Sequence record: NC_070963.1
Length of the DNA: 64,000 bases
Reading direction: 5' to 3' (one strand)
Below the pieces are notes generated by a model that made no database searches, was not told the origin of the DNA, and worked only from the letters and a program-made list of their open reading frames with translations. The position numbers and the translations under genes were made by a program. How positions within the stretch are numbered: the stretch's first letter is position 1; every line of letters begins with the position of its first letter. Shown one piece after another: positions 27,396-39,326 of the stretch.

Positions 27396-28186
27396 TGGAC
27401 AAAAATAAATCGGCATATAAACTCAAAAATATTGCTCCTATTTACTATCTGAACCTTGATGGGCAACCAGAAAGAAAGAAGTATATGGAGGAACAATTTA
27501 AGTATTGGGAAATTGAGAACTACGAAAGAATCTCTGCTTATGATGGTCGGGATGATGACTTGAGTGATATTATTAAAGGTAGATATCCAGATACAATGAC
27601 CTCTGGTGAGATTGGTTGCACTACATCTCATCTAAAGGCAATTAAACACTGGATGGAAACTTCTGATAGTCCTTATGCGATTATTATGGAAGATGATGTG
27701 GATTTGCAACTTGCTCGATTCTGGGACTTTACTTGGGCAGATTTTGTCGCAAAGGTTCCTTATGATTGGGATGTTGTGCAACTTGCAATTATCTGCACAG
27801 GAGATTTGCACGTCAAACTTCATAAGAGATTTGTCAATGACTTTTCAACTGCTGCTTATATGATTACTCGTCATCACGCAGAAAAATTAATTAAGTTTCA
27901 CGTAAGAGATGATAAGTATAAACTTGATAATGGGGTAAAACCTAGAGCAGTTGCTGATGACTTGATTTATAACTCCGGAAACACTTACGCAATACCTCTT
28001 TTTCTTTATAGAATTGAATTGGGGTCTTCTATTCATCCAGAACATATCGATGTGTTTCATCGTGCAAGTCACGACGGTCTTCTTCAATTTTGGGAGAAGC
28101 AGGGGCACGATATGAAGATTGATGATTTGATGAATTATGATCCATTCTTGGGTCGCATAACTCAGCCATCCCAAACCCAAAGTTAA
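27395..28186 (+). CDS. GT25-family glycosyltransferase
   Basis: YYLNLD...RISAYDG...GEIGCTTSH...IMEDD; ATG from a TGATG overlap. Confidence 0.82.
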   Translation: MDKNKSAYKLKNIAPIYYLNLDGQPERKKYMEEQFKYWEIENYERISAYDGRDDDLSDIIKGRYPDTMTSGEIGCTTSHLKAIKHWMETSDSPYAIIMEDDVDLQLARFWDFTWADFVAKVPYDWDVVQLAIICTGDLHVKLHKRFVNDFSTAAYMITRHHAEKLIKFHVRDDKYKLDNGVKPRAVADDLIYNSGNTYAIPLFLYRIELGSSIHPEHIDVFHRASHDGLLQFWEKQGHDMKIDDLMNYDPFLGRITQPSQTQS

Positions 28187-28204
28187 AATATACTGACCAA
28201 ACCC

Positions 28205-28233
28205 TTGACAGGTCTTAAGATTTCCTATATAAT
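28205..28233 (+). promoter_or_regulatory. sigma70-type promoter
   Basis: TTGACA-17 nt-TATAAT. Confidence 0.8.
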
Positions 28234-28254
28234 TTTGTAATAATTCTTAACTAA

Positions 28255-28821
28255 ATGGAGAACACATGCAATAATTCAAACATTTTTTATACTTACGCTT
28301 ATTTAAGAGAAGATCTTACCCCTTATTACATAGGAAAAGGAAAATCTTATAGAGCGTATAGAAAAAATAAAAATGTTCATCCCCCAAAAGATAAATCAAG
28401 AATAATATTTCTCAAACAAAATTTAACCGAAGAAGAAGCATTTAAACACGAAAAGTACATGATTGCGGTCTTTGGAAGAAAAGATTTGGGAACTGGTATT
28501 CTCCACAATAGAACTGATGGTGGTGAAGGTACTTCTGGTAATGTTTTATCTCAAGATACTAAAGATAAAATAGGTAATTACTGGAGAGGAAAAAAACGTC
28601 CAGGACATGGTGAAAAAATTAGAAAGTCACAACTTGGAACAAAAAGAAACCCTTTATCTGATGAACATAAAAGCAAATTAAGAGGTAGAATTTCTCCCCA
28701 AAAAGGAAAACCTCTTTCCGATGAAACTAAACAAAAAATCAGTCAATCTAAAAAAGGAAAACCTTGGACTGAAGCAAGAAAAAATGCACAAATTAATAGG
28801 AGTAAAAATGATTACAACTAA
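28255..28821 (+). CDS. Free-standing GIY-YIG homing endonuclease with NUMOD3-like repeats
   Basis: YTYAYL...PYYIGKG...NRTDGGEG; LSDEHKSK and LSDETKQKIS repeats. Confidence 0.85.
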   Translation: MENTCNNSNIFYTYAYLREDLTPYYIGKGKSYRAYRKNKNVHPPKDKSRIIFLKQNLTEEEAFKHEKYMIAVFGRKDLGTGILHNRTDGGEGTSGNVLSQDTKDKIGNYWRGKKRPGHGEKIRKSQLGTKRNPLSDEHKSKLRGRISPQKGKPLSDETKQKISQSKKGKPWTEARKNAQINRSKNDYN

Positions 28822-28999
28822 TGAGCGTGGACAGCAAAATATGTTTGCTAAAGAACCCACTATGTACTATGAAAACTATGGTATGATGACTCCTAATGAA
28901 GTCAAAGAACGTACCAATGGACGCTGGGCAATGATGGGTTTTGTTGCAGGATTGATTTCTTATGCAGCAACTGGTAAGTTTTTCTTTGGCATTTTCTGA
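28808..28999 (+). CDS. hli: High-light-inducible protein
   Basis: ERTNGRWAMMGF chlorophyll-binding motif; start at MITTNERG. Confidence 0.9.
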   Translation: MITTNERGQQNMFAKEPTMYYENYGMMTPNEVKERTNGRWAMMGFVAGLISYAATGKFFFGIF

Positions 29000-29012
29000 C
29001 AATTGATTGACA

Positions 29013-29099
29013 ATGACCTCAATTATTTTTACAATTACAAGTGTTGCCTTTTTCGTATTATTGGCACACTCTGTAAATAAACTTTCCGAAACTTATTAA
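29013..29099 (+). CDS. 28-aa membrane peptide
   Basis: [28 protein letters not shown], between hli and petF. Confidence 0.45.
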   Translation: MTSIIFTITSVAFFVLLAHSVNKLSETY

Positions 29100-29101
29100 A
29101 A

Positions 29102-29392
29102 ATGACTTTTAATATCACGCTCCAATCCCCCAATGGAACTGAAACCACTATTCAGTGCGCTTCAGATCAATACATTCTTGAAGCAGCAGAAGAAGCAGGT
29201 GTTGACCTTCCTTCTTCGTGCAAGGCAGGTGCTTGTAGTGCTTGTGCTGGCAAACTGATTAGTGGTACTGTAGATAATGAGGAGCAATCATTTCTTGATG
29301 ATGATCAAATTGCAGAAGGTTGGGTTCTAACTTGCGTGGCATACCCTACTAGTGACTGTGTAATTCTTACCGAACAAGAAGAAAATCTTTAA
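29102..29392 (+). CDS. petF: Plant-type [2Fe-2S] ferredoxin
   Basis: [13 protein letters not shown]...VLTCVAYP. Confidence 0.96.
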   Translation: MTFNITLQSPNGTETTIQCASDQYILEAAEEAGVDLPSSCKAGACSACAGKLISGTVDNEEQSFLDDDQIAEGWVLTCVAYPTSDCVILTEQEENL

Positions 29393-29408
29393 TTTTAGGA
29401 GAAAACAA

Positions 29409-29528
29409 ATGGACAAAATTTTTACTGAAGCAGCAGAACGCCTGAATGGTCGCGCTGCGATGATTGGATTCATCGTTGCTATTGGTACTTATCTGACCAC
29501 TGGTAAAATCATTCCTGGAGTATGGTGA
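29409..29528 (+). CDS. hli: High-light-inducible protein (39 aa, absent from the ORF track)
   Basis: MDKIFTEAAERLNGRAAMIGFIVAIGTYLTTGKIIPGVW; RBS AGGAG. Confidence 0.92.
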   Translation: MDKIFTEAAERLNGRAAMIGFIVAIGTYLTTGKIIPGVW

Positions 29529-29541
29529 AATGGAGGTCAAA

Positions 29542-30069
29542 ATGCGTAGAGAAGGTTATGAAGTTCCCCAAGTTGAATTTGTATTTCGTGAGTCTGGTGA
29601 GTTTGTAACTAAAACAACTACTGAACTTTTTAATGATAAGCGTATCATCATCTTTAGTTTGCCTGGTGCTTTCACTCCTACTTGCAGTGCCTATCAGTTG
29701 CCTGGATTCGAAGAAAAATATGATGACTTTTTGGGTCTCGGCATCGACGATATTTACTGCATCTCTGTTAATGATGGGTTTGTAATGAATGCCTGGGCAC
29801 AAGACCAAAATATCCAAAATGTTAAACTGATTCCAGACGGCAATGCATATTTCACACGTTCTATGGGTATGCTTGTAAGTAAATCAAATCTTGGATTTGG
29901 GTTGCGTAGTTGGAGGTATGCTGCAATCGTAGAGAATGGAATTGTTGAGAAAATGTTCGTTGAGGTGGGTATGCGCGATAATGCAGATTCCGATCCTTAT
30001 GAAGCATCTACTCCAGAAGTAGTTTATGAGTATGTAAAATCCACTGTTAGGGAAACCTCACAAGTTTGA
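29542..30069 (+). CDS. Peroxiredoxin (Prx5/redoxin type)
   Basis: SLPGAFTPTCS, SVNDGFVM, RSWRYA; GGAGG favours ATG 29542 (alternative 29530). Confidence 0.92.
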   Translation: MRREGYEVPQVEFVFRESGEFVTKTTTELFNDKRIIIFSLPGAFTPTCSAYQLPGFEEKYDDFLGLGIDDIYCISVNDGFVMNAWAQDQNIQNVKLIPDGNAYFTRSMGMLVSKSNLGFGLRSWRYAAIVENGIVEKMFVEVGMRDNADSDPYEASTPEVVYEYVKSTVRETSQV

Positions 30070-30089
30070 TATAACAGTTAATATTTTTT

Positions 30090-30123
30090 AAACTCTGCCT
30101 CTAAATAAGAGACAGAGTTTTTT
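30090..30123 (+). terminator. Intrinsic terminator with TAAATA across its loop
   Basis: aaactctgcctct-aaata-agagacagagttt plus T-tract. Confidence 0.65.
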
Positions 30124-30128
30124 AATGT

Positions 30129-30290
30129 ATGCCAAGAGGACAACTGACGAAGCAAGAAATCAAAAGAATCTTGTTAATGTATAAACACGAATTGTATGAA
30201 GAAAATATCGGTTATACTTCAGATCCAAAAGGACTTGCACATAAGTATTTAAACAAAATCTTGGATAAGATTGAAGAATATGCTCGTTGA
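30129..30290 (+). CDS. Small hypothetical protein (53 aa)
   Basis: Hand-translated MPRGQLTKQEIK... Confidence 0.55.
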   Translation: MPRGQLTKQEIKRILLMYKHELYEENIGYTSDPKGLAHKYLNKILDKIEEYAR

Positions 30291-30332
30291 GCGGACACTA
30301 TTTATACTGGCACACATAAGCAATAATACCTA

Positions 30333-30366
30333 TTGACAGGATTTCCTGACAGTGTTATGATAAATA
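30333..30366 (+). promoter_or_regulatory. psbA promoters: sigma70 overlapping late TAAATA
   Basis: TTGACA-17-TATGAT with extended TG; TAAATA at 30361. Confidence 0.75.
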
Positions 30367-30414
30367 CAACAACAAGTTAAGGAATGTAAACAAGTTCTTA
30401 ACAATGTTCCTCCT

Positions 30415-30520
30415 TCAACCGAGACCTATGGGGAGGTTAAAAAGAAGTCTCTCATCTTACCTTCACTTGAGGGTAGTGAAGGAAATCAGTAAACGAGTAA
30501 TCCCTATACTCATACTTATT
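30415..30520 (+). ncRNA. PhotoRC-II-like 5' leader of psbA
   Basis: accgagacc...gtctctcat, ccttcact/agtgaagg and gagta/tactc stems directly upstream of psbA. Confidence 0.65.
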
Positions 30521-30535
30521 TTCTTTTAAAGTAAA

Positions 30536-32941
<2,406 letters not shown>

Positions 32942-32950
32942 TATAATGTT

Positions 32951-32984
32951 AAGGAACTCTTCGGAGTTCCTTTTTTTATAAATA
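32951..32984 (+). terminator. psbA terminator abutting a late promoter
   Basis: aaggaactc-ttcg-gagttcctt plus T-tract, then TATAAATA (32977). Confidence 0.8.
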
Positions 32985-33007
32985 ATTATGCACGAAAGAA
33001 AACACGA

Positions 33008-33436
33008 ATGACTAAACTATACTCCGAACTTTATAGAACTTGTATGTCTTGTGGTAAAGAAAAACTTGCTACGGATTTTTATGTAAGAAATAAAACTACT
33101 ATGGTTCGTCACTCATCTTGTAAAGAATGTGATAAAGAAAGAGTTAAAAAAAGACATCAAGATAATCCAGAACGCACAAGAAATAATGACTTGAAAAGAA
33201 ACTATGGTATAACTCTTCAAGAACACCAAGAAATGTTTGATGAGCAAAAAGGAGTTTGTGCTATTTGTAAAGGTGAAGGTGATGGTAAATGGAAAAAACT
33301 TTGTGTAGACCACGACCATAATACTGGAAAAGTTCGTCAATTACTTTGTAGGAATTGTAATATGGTTTTGGGTCAAGTTAATGATAATGTTAATTTACTT
33401 TCTGAAATGATTAAATACTTACAAAAACACCAATGA
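33008..33436 (+). CDS. Endonuclease VII-family homing endonuclease (F-CphI-like)
   Basis: CAIC...LCVDHDHNTGKVRQLLCRNCN; located immediately after psbA. Confidence 0.85.
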   Translation: MTKLYSELYRTCMSCGKEKLATDFYVRNKTTMVRHSSCKECDKERVKKRHQDNPERTRNNDLKRNYGITLQEHQEMFDEQKGVCAICKGEGDGKWKKLCVDHDHNTGKVRQLLCRNCNMVLGQVNDNVNLLSEMIKYLQKHQ

Positions 33437-33529
33437 CCTTCCTCATCATTCTCCTCTTCTTTCAACTCTTCGGATTTTTCTTATTCTTAATGTCTCTACT
33501 TTAATACATAAAACAGTTACTTCATAACA

Positions 33530-33691
33530 ATGAAAACACTCTCACTTTCTGAAGACCAGATTAAACTTTTAGCAGACGCAGTGTGGATGAGACAAAGATG
33601 TTTCATCGCAGGAGACATAAGATTTAAAGAATATGGAGCAATGTTAGATGAACTTCTTAAAGATATGAATTATACTCCAAAGAGGTCTTGA
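33530..33691 (+). CDS. Small hypothetical protein (53 aa)
   Basis: Hand-translated MKTLSLSEDQIKLL... Confidence 0.5.
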   Translation: MKTLSLSEDQIKLLADAVWMRQRCFIAGDIRFKEYGAMLDELLKDMNYTPKRS

Positions 33692-33693
33692 AT

Positions 33694-34398
33694 ATGACTT
33701 ACGATACAGTCTTTATATCAGATGTGCATTTAGGCACTCCTCGTTGTAATACTCAAAAGTTCTTGAAGTTTCTCAAAGAACTTAAGACCAAAAAGTTAGT
33801 CTTGGTTGGTGATATAATCGACATACATTGTTTAGAAAAATATAATACCCGTTGGAAAAAAGAGCATACAGAATGTGTTCATCAGATTCTAAATCTTGCA
33901 AAGAAGGGAACTGAAATCGTTTATGTTCTTGGAAATCATGAAGCACAGATTCGTCGATATACGAACTTTGAGCACAAGAACTTTCAAATGGTAGATGAAT
34001 ATATTCACAAAGACTCAAACGGAAATAAGTTTCTTTGTGTTCATGGTGACAAGTATTCAGAGTATTCTTCTGGGTCTTGGAAGCAGTTGATGTTTAATAA
34101 AGGTTATGAGATTATCACTCCATTAAGTTTTTGGTTGGAACGATTCTTTCGGTTTTCTTTGGTCTATGCTCTGAAGAATACGGTGCGTGGAAAAAATTAT
34201 ATTAATCAATATGAGACTGATATTGCTTCATATTGTGCTCAAAGAGATAAGAAGTATGATGGTGTGATTTGTGGTCATATTCATCACGGGCACATTCGCA
34301 ACTTTGGTAAAATCACTTATATGTGTTGTGGAGATTGGTGTGATACTTGTTCTGCCATTGTAGAGAAGAATGGTATTTACTCACTTGAAAAATATTGA
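33694..34398 (+). CDS. LpxH-like metallophosphoesterase
   Basis: SDVHLG, LVGDIID, GNHE, HGD, CGHIH, GDW. Confidence 0.85.
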   Translation: MTYDTVFISDVHLGTPRCNTQKFLKFLKELKTKKLVLVGDIIDIHCLEKYNTRWKKEHTECVHQILNLAKKGTEIVYVLGNHEAQIRRYTNFEHKNFQMVDEYIHKDSNGNKFLCVHGDKYSEYSSGSWKQLMFNKGYEIITPLSFWLERFFRFSLVYALKNTVRGKNYINQYETDIASYCAQRDKKYDGVICGHIHHGHIRNFGKITYMCCGDWCDTCSAIVEKNGIYSLEKY

Positions 34399-34529
34399 TG
34401 ATTAGTTCAGAAACACCATACAAACTCGCAGAAATTTATAGAGACACTTGGCCTGGTCTTTACAATCCTCCAAAAAAGTCCTATAATACTTCTACTACAG
34501 ATAATCAAAATGATACAAGCAACAGGTGA
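34398..34529 (+). CDS. Small hypothetical protein (43 aa)
   Basis: Hand-translated MISSETPYKLAEI...; TGATG coupling. Confidence 0.45.
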   Translation: MISSETPYKLAEIYRDTWPGLYNPPKKSYNTSTTDNQNDTSNR

Positions 34530-34761
34530 TATGTTGGGGCAACTTGCAATTGCTCTTGAAAAACTTGGATGGGATAAGAATGATAAATTAGAAGTTCATA
34601 TTGGTGGAGTTGCTTTTAGTGGTATTACTCAAACTGAAGGAGTGAACCCAAAGTGGGCAAAACCTTATGGAACCACAACCTATCAGAACGATGCCTTTAT
34701 TGTGATTAAAAATGTGAATCGTAATCCTGTAGTTCCTTCGAAGGCACCTGAAAATGAATGA
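34510..34761 (+). CDS. Hypothetical protein (83 aa)
   Basis: ORF in a coupled chain. Confidence 0.65.
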   Translation: MIQATGDMLGQLAIALEKLGWDKNDKLEVHIGGVAFSGITQTEGVNPKWAKPYGTTTYQNDAFIVIKNVNRNPVVPSKAPENE

Positions 34762-35035
34762 ATACTGGATTGTAAAAGAACGTAGAACAGGAAGAGTCAT
34801 TTGTCATTGTGCTGATATCAATGATGCAATTATGATGGTTGCATTTGATTCTCAAAATAGAACTTATTGTCGGCATCGACTTTTAATGGATCAAGTAATT
34901 GATGTTTCTTCTAGTATAGATAAACAACTTCCTGGGCAAATTGGTCTTCCTGCTGCACAAGAAGAATTACCTTTTGTGGAATTGCAGCAACAGATTTGGT
35001 TACCTGAAGGAAAACAAGAACCTGTAAGAGTATGA
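34754..35035 (+). CDS. Hypothetical protein (93 aa)
   Basis: ORF in a coupled chain. Confidence 0.65.
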   Translation: MNEYWIVKERRTGRVICHCADINDAIMMVAFDSQNRTYCRHRLLMDQVIDVSSSIDKQLPGQIGLPAAQEELPFVELQQQIWLPEGKQEPVRV

Positions 35036-35143
35036 ATGATAAAACTACATTAAAAGAACAACTTCATTATATTTTAATTACACTCAAAGAATTGATTAAA
35101 GTAATACAAACTCAAAATAAATAAAAGAAAAGAAAAGGTTTTT

Positions 35144-35515
35144 ATGGTTCCTCTCCATTCGCCTCAAGAATATTTGTTTCATTTATATGCGACAAATAGT
35201 GGGGATGCGAAACGATTATGGAGACAAAACATAAAGGACAGTTGGGAAAATAAATGTGCTTATTGTGGTTCGGAAGAAAATTTAACAATTGATCATATCA
35301 TACCACAGTGTAAAGGGGGGGCAGACTTTACAAAAAATGTAGTGTGCTGTTGCCATTCCTGCAATCAGTCAAAAGGGCACGACCATTGGAAGTTGTGGTA
35401 TGTTCAACAAGACTTTTATTGTGAAGATAAATTCAATAAAATTGAAGAATGGATGAAACCAGAACCTCCTACAAATCTTTTTGCTTATCGCCCAAGACGC
35501 AATAATGCAACTTGA
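35144..35515 (+). CDS. HNH endonuclease (Zn-finger type)
   Basis: CAYCG...TIDHIIPQCKGG...NVVCCCHSCNQSKG. Confidence 0.88.
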   Translation: MVPLHSPQEYLFHLYATNSGDAKRLWRQNIKDSWENKCAYCGSEENLTIDHIIPQCKGGADFTKNVVCCCHSCNQSKGHDHWKLWYVQQDFYCEDKFNKIEEWMKPEPPTNLFAYRPRRNNAT

Positions 35516-35571
35516 ATAAATATATCAAAGGCAGTAAATACTGTCCTTATGGTAGATACCGCATATCATAA

Positions 35572-37431
35572 ATGGCAACTCCGATTAGAATTAAACGCTC
35601 TGCTGTGCCTGGAAAAATACCAGCACAAGGAGTATTACAATATGGCGAATTAGCTTATAATCTCAATGATGCTGAACTCTTTGCTGTCAGAAATAGAGTC
35701 GGTATTGGATCGGAAGTTGTTAGAGTTGCTGCGGGTGCAACAGTTACAAATATCATCTATGTCACAAAAGACGGAAGCGACACAAACACAGGACTCAAAC
35801 TCGGAGACGCAAAAGCAACCATTAAAGGAGCAGTCGCAATCTCAACAACAGGATCTGTTATTAAGATTTCTGCTGGAACTTATGTAGAAAATAATCCGAT
35901 TGTTCTTCCTCCTCAAGTCAGTGTTGTTGGAGACAGTTTAAGAGAAGTTACAGTCACTCCACAAAACACTGGAGATCTCTTTTACGTTTCAAATGGTAAC
36001 TACATTGCCGAAATGTCATTTGTTGGGGCGGCAAATACTGGAGCAATTTTTGCATTTAATCCGAATAAAGTAGAATACTTTAATCAATCTCCATACATTC
36101 AAAATTGTACTAATTTTATTCCAAATAGCATTGGAATGAAAATTGATGGAAATCACGCTCTTGGTTTAACTAAATCAATGGTGCTTGATTCATATACTCA
36201 ATATAATGCTGCTGGTGTAGGTGTATCAATTACAAATGAAGGATATGCTCAATTAGTTTCTCTCTTTACAATTTGTCCAAATATTGCAGTTTATTGTGCG
36301 AGTGGTGGTGCTTGCGATTTAACGAACTCAAACTCTTCATTTGGGAATTATGGATTAATTGCCGATGGAAGAGGTACTAAAAAATATAATGGTATTACCT
36401 CAAATAGTTATGATGTAAATGAAGATACATTTGAGATTGCTTTTAATACTCCAACATTTAATGTTACAAATGCTGTTTATGATAACACGACTGGAATCGT
36501 AACGATTACAACAAATCAAGAGAATGGATTTGAAGTTGGAATGGGAGTTTCAATTTCTGGATTGACATTTTCTTGTCCCTCTGGTCCAGGAATTGTTACA
36601 TATCCGAGTGGAAATAATGGATATGTTTTTAATGTAAAAACGACTCCAACTACTTATCAGTTTTCAGCATACGTTGGAACTTCTACATTACCTCACACTT
36701 ATAACTCTGGGGGAACTGTAAAATTAAATTTAATACGTCCATATGATGGGGAAGTCATATATTTTGATTTATTATATTATACCGTCGGAAAAGTTGTAGT
36801 TGGATCTGGTGGAACTGGATATACTACAACACCAACAATCACAATTAGCGATCCAAGCACTTCTGGAACTTGGGGTGTTCCTGCACAAGCAGTAGCAGAA
36901 ATACGAAATGGAACAATTACAAATATTGAATTGGTTTCAAGTGGAAGGGGATATACTTCAGTTCCTACAGTTACAATTAGTTCTCCTGATGTGGGAATAA
37001 ATACAGCAACTGCAACTGTACAATTAATACCAACATATTATACCATTCAAAGTTCGACTCCAATTTCTGCTGGTATTTGCACAATTACAATCAATGAAAA
37101 TGTTCCTTATGCTGTAGGTGCTGGTGCTTCAGTTCCATTCTTTAAACAAAGTAGAATTCTTGCATCTGGGCACGCTTTTGAATATATTGGTTCTGGAACT
37201 GATATTACAACTGCTCTTCCTTCTGCTGGTGGTGTGCCAATTCAAGATAATGAGGTTGATATGAGAAATGGTGGTCTTGTAGTTTATACAAGTACAGATC
37301 AAGCAGGCAATTTCCGAATTGGTGATGGAGTTGCCATTAATCAAACTACAGGAACAATTTCAGGAACATTTTACTCCAAGAGTTTGTTTTCAACTTTAAC
37401 CCCATTCATTCTAGCACTAGGAGGAGATTAA
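35572..37431 (+). CDS. Tail/baseplate-associated virion protein with a beta-helix-like domain
   Basis: IKRSAVPGK...GELAYN start; IYVTKDGSD; QSPYIQNCT; late promoter. Confidence 0.7.
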   Translation: MATPIRIKRSAVPGKIPAQGVLQYGELAYNLNDAELFAVRNRVGIGSEVVRVAAGATVTNIIYVTKDGSDTNTGLKLGDAKATIKGAVAISTTGSVIKISAGTYVENNPIVLPPQVSVVGDSLREVTVTPQNTGDLFYVSNGNYIAEMSFVGAANTGAIFAFNPNKVEYFNQSPYIQNCTNFIPNSIGMKIDGNHALGLTKSMVLDSYTQYNAAGVGVSITNEGYAQLVSLFTICPNIAVYCASGGACDLTNSNSSFGNYGLIADGRGTKKYNGITSNSYDVNEDTFEIAFNTPTFNVTNAVYDNTTGIVTITTNQENGFEVGMGVSISGLTFSCPSGPGIVTYPSGNNGYVFNVKTTPTTYQFSAYVGTSTLPHTYNSGGTVKLNLIRPYDGEVIYFDLLYYTVGKVVVGSGGTGYTTTPTITISDPSTSGTWGVPAQAVAEIRNGTITNIELVSSGRGYTSVPTVTISSPDVGINTATATVQLIPTYYTIQSSTPISAGICTITINENVPYAVGAGASVPFFKQSRILASGHAFEYIGSGTDITTALPSAGGVPIQDNEVDMRNGGLVVYTSTDQAGNFRIGDGVAINQTTGTISGTFYSKSLFSTLTPFILALGGD

Positions 37432-37434
37432 AGA

Positions 37435-37764
37435 ATGGCATTACCATTAAACGTATTTAAAACAGTTACAAGAATTGCAAGCACAAGTCCAGTTGGAATT
37501 TACACAGCACCCGTTGGATATTCGGGAGTTGTTCTACTTGCACAGGCAGCAAATATTAGTTCTGACACTAAAACAATTTCGTTTTCACATAAAAGATCTT
37601 CAACCACAACTGAAATTGTAAAAGACCTTGCAATTCAAGGAAATGATTCTACAAGTCTTCTATTTGGAAAATTAGTTCTTGAGTCTGGAGATTCTCTAGT
37701 ATTGTCTGCGAGTGATGCGACAAATATTAAGTTCATTGGTAGCGTTCTAGAAACACTTAACTAA
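37435..37764 (+). CDS. Small virion structural protein (paralogue of 59451..59777)
   Basis: NVFK...GIYTAP motif shared with the 59451 ORF. Confidence 0.7.
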   Translation: MALPLNVFKTVTRIASTSPVGIYTAPVGYSGVVLLAQAANISSDTKTISFSHKRSSTTTEIVKDLAIQGNDSTSLLFGKLVLESGDSLVLSASDATNIKFIGSVLETLN

Positions 37765-37765
37765 A

Positions 37766-38425
37766 ATGTCAAAGTTTCTTTCCGGCAGACAATCACAACT
37801 AAATGTAGGAGTAACCTCAAGTACTGAAAGTAAAACAGTATTGCAGGTTACTGGTAAAGTTGGTATTGGAACAACAAATGCTGGAAGTAGAAGTTTATAT
37901 GTAATTGGTGATACTCAAACTACAGGGGTTACAACTCTTTCTTCTTCTGGTGGCATTACAACCACTGGTGGAGATCTTTATGTTGGTGGTGATTTATATG
38001 TTCAAGATGATTTAGTATTTGATGAATTTACTGCTCGTAATGCAAACATAAGTGGTGTTGCTACAATTCGCAATGCTAATATTACTGGAATTGCAACGAT
38101 TACTAATATCGTTGGCACTGGAGCAACGATTGGTCGTATTGTTTCTGCAGGGACTTCATTCTCACAGTTACAAGTCAGTGGAATTTCTACATTTAATAAT
38201 GGTCCCGTATTCATTGGATCTGGTACAACTACAGGAACTGTATCTCAAAGACTTCAAGTTACTGGTGGTGCATATGTTTCTGGTGCGATTGGAGTGGGAA
38301 CTACAAATCCAAGAGAAACACTAGATGTAATTGGAACTGTTGGTGTCCAAGCAAGTGGTTCTGCAAATCGTTTTGAGATTCAACATAATGCTGCTCTTAA
38401 TTCTCTGGACTTTATCTTTATCTAA
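37766..38425 (+). CDS. Tail-fibre-like protein
   Basis: VGIGTT and LQVTGGAYVS modules. Confidence 0.7.
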   Translation: MSKFLSGRQSQLNVGVTSSTESKTVLQVTGKVGIGTTNAGSRSLYVIGDTQTTGVTTLSSSGGITTTGGDLYVGGDLYVQDDLVFDEFTARNANISGVATIRNANITGIATITNIVGTGATIGRIVSAGTSFSQLQVSGISTFNNGPVFIGSGTTTGTVSQRLQVTGGAYVSGAIGVGTTNPRETLDVIGTVGVQASGSANRFEIQHNAALNSLDFIFI

Positions 38426-39285
38426 TGAACACTGTAGCACGATTACGATCTGATGGAGTTCTCTTTGCAAATCTATTTGATGAATTTTCTTCTCCAAGTA
38501 GAAATGTAAGCGTAGATCAGTATGGAGTTTTTTACTCCAATACAATGAAAGAGGGTGTGTTTTCAGAGTTATCTTCCACAATTCCAATGAGAATTGTGAA
38601 TAATAAAGATTTGAGAGTTTATAATTACTTTGATGAATTGACTGGAGTGAGTGATGTAACACCACCTGCACCTTCAGGAACTTATAGTATTGTTTCTGGA
38701 ACTAAACTTCCTCTTTTTGGAACTGGTGGTGGTGCTTATCCTCCTACTGGAAGTTGGACTGGTATTCAAAATGCCTCAGTTGATGATGCATTCTTAACGA
38801 TTGCTCTTCCTTTTACGTTTTATCTTGCTGGAACTGGATACACAACAACTTATATGGGTTCTAATAGTTATCTTACTTTTAGTGCTGGTTCCACTATTTT
38901 TTCTGGATTGAGTGCTTCTGTTCCTGCATTACCAAAGTTTATGTTTGGTGCTGCAGACAACTCATATCAAAGAGTTTCGCGTTTTGCTTTTGGAACAGAT
39001 TATCAGAGGATTCGCTATGAAGGAACGGCAGCAACTTCAGGTGTTGTAGGTTCTCCAAACATTGTACTTGAGATTACTTTGTTTAATCCAAATGTTATGG
39101 GTGGTAAAAATGTATTAGAACTTTTGGTCGGAAATCATTCAAGATTAACTGGTGTGAGAAACGTAGCAAATGCTTCAACTGCATATGCTACTTATACATT
39201 AAGTCAAAATCAAAGTTATGTTTTTGAGGGTAATAGTGATGGTACAAGTTGGACCATTTACACTGGTTATAACGTAAATTATTAG
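38425..39285 (+). CDS. Virion-associated hypothetical protein, possible fibre tip
   Basis: 286 aa, beta-rich, translationally coupled within the tail locus. Confidence 0.6.
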   Translation: MNTVARLRSDGVLFANLFDEFSSPSRNVSVDQYGVFYSNTMKEGVFSELSSTIPMRIVNNKDLRVYNYFDELTGVSDVTPPAPSGTYSIVSGTKLPLFGTGGGAYPPTGSWTGIQNASVDDAFLTIALPFTFYLAGTGYTTTYMGSNSYLTFSAGSTIFSGLSASVPALPKFMFGAADNSYQRVSRFAFGTDYQRIRYEGTAATSGVVGSPNIVLEITLFNPNVMGGKNVLELLVGNHSRLTGVRNVANASTAYATYTLSQNQSYVFEGNSDGTSWTIYTGYNVNY

Positions 39286-39326
39286 TTGTAATGGGGCAAA
39301 TAAATAACCTTATATAAAGAACTAAG

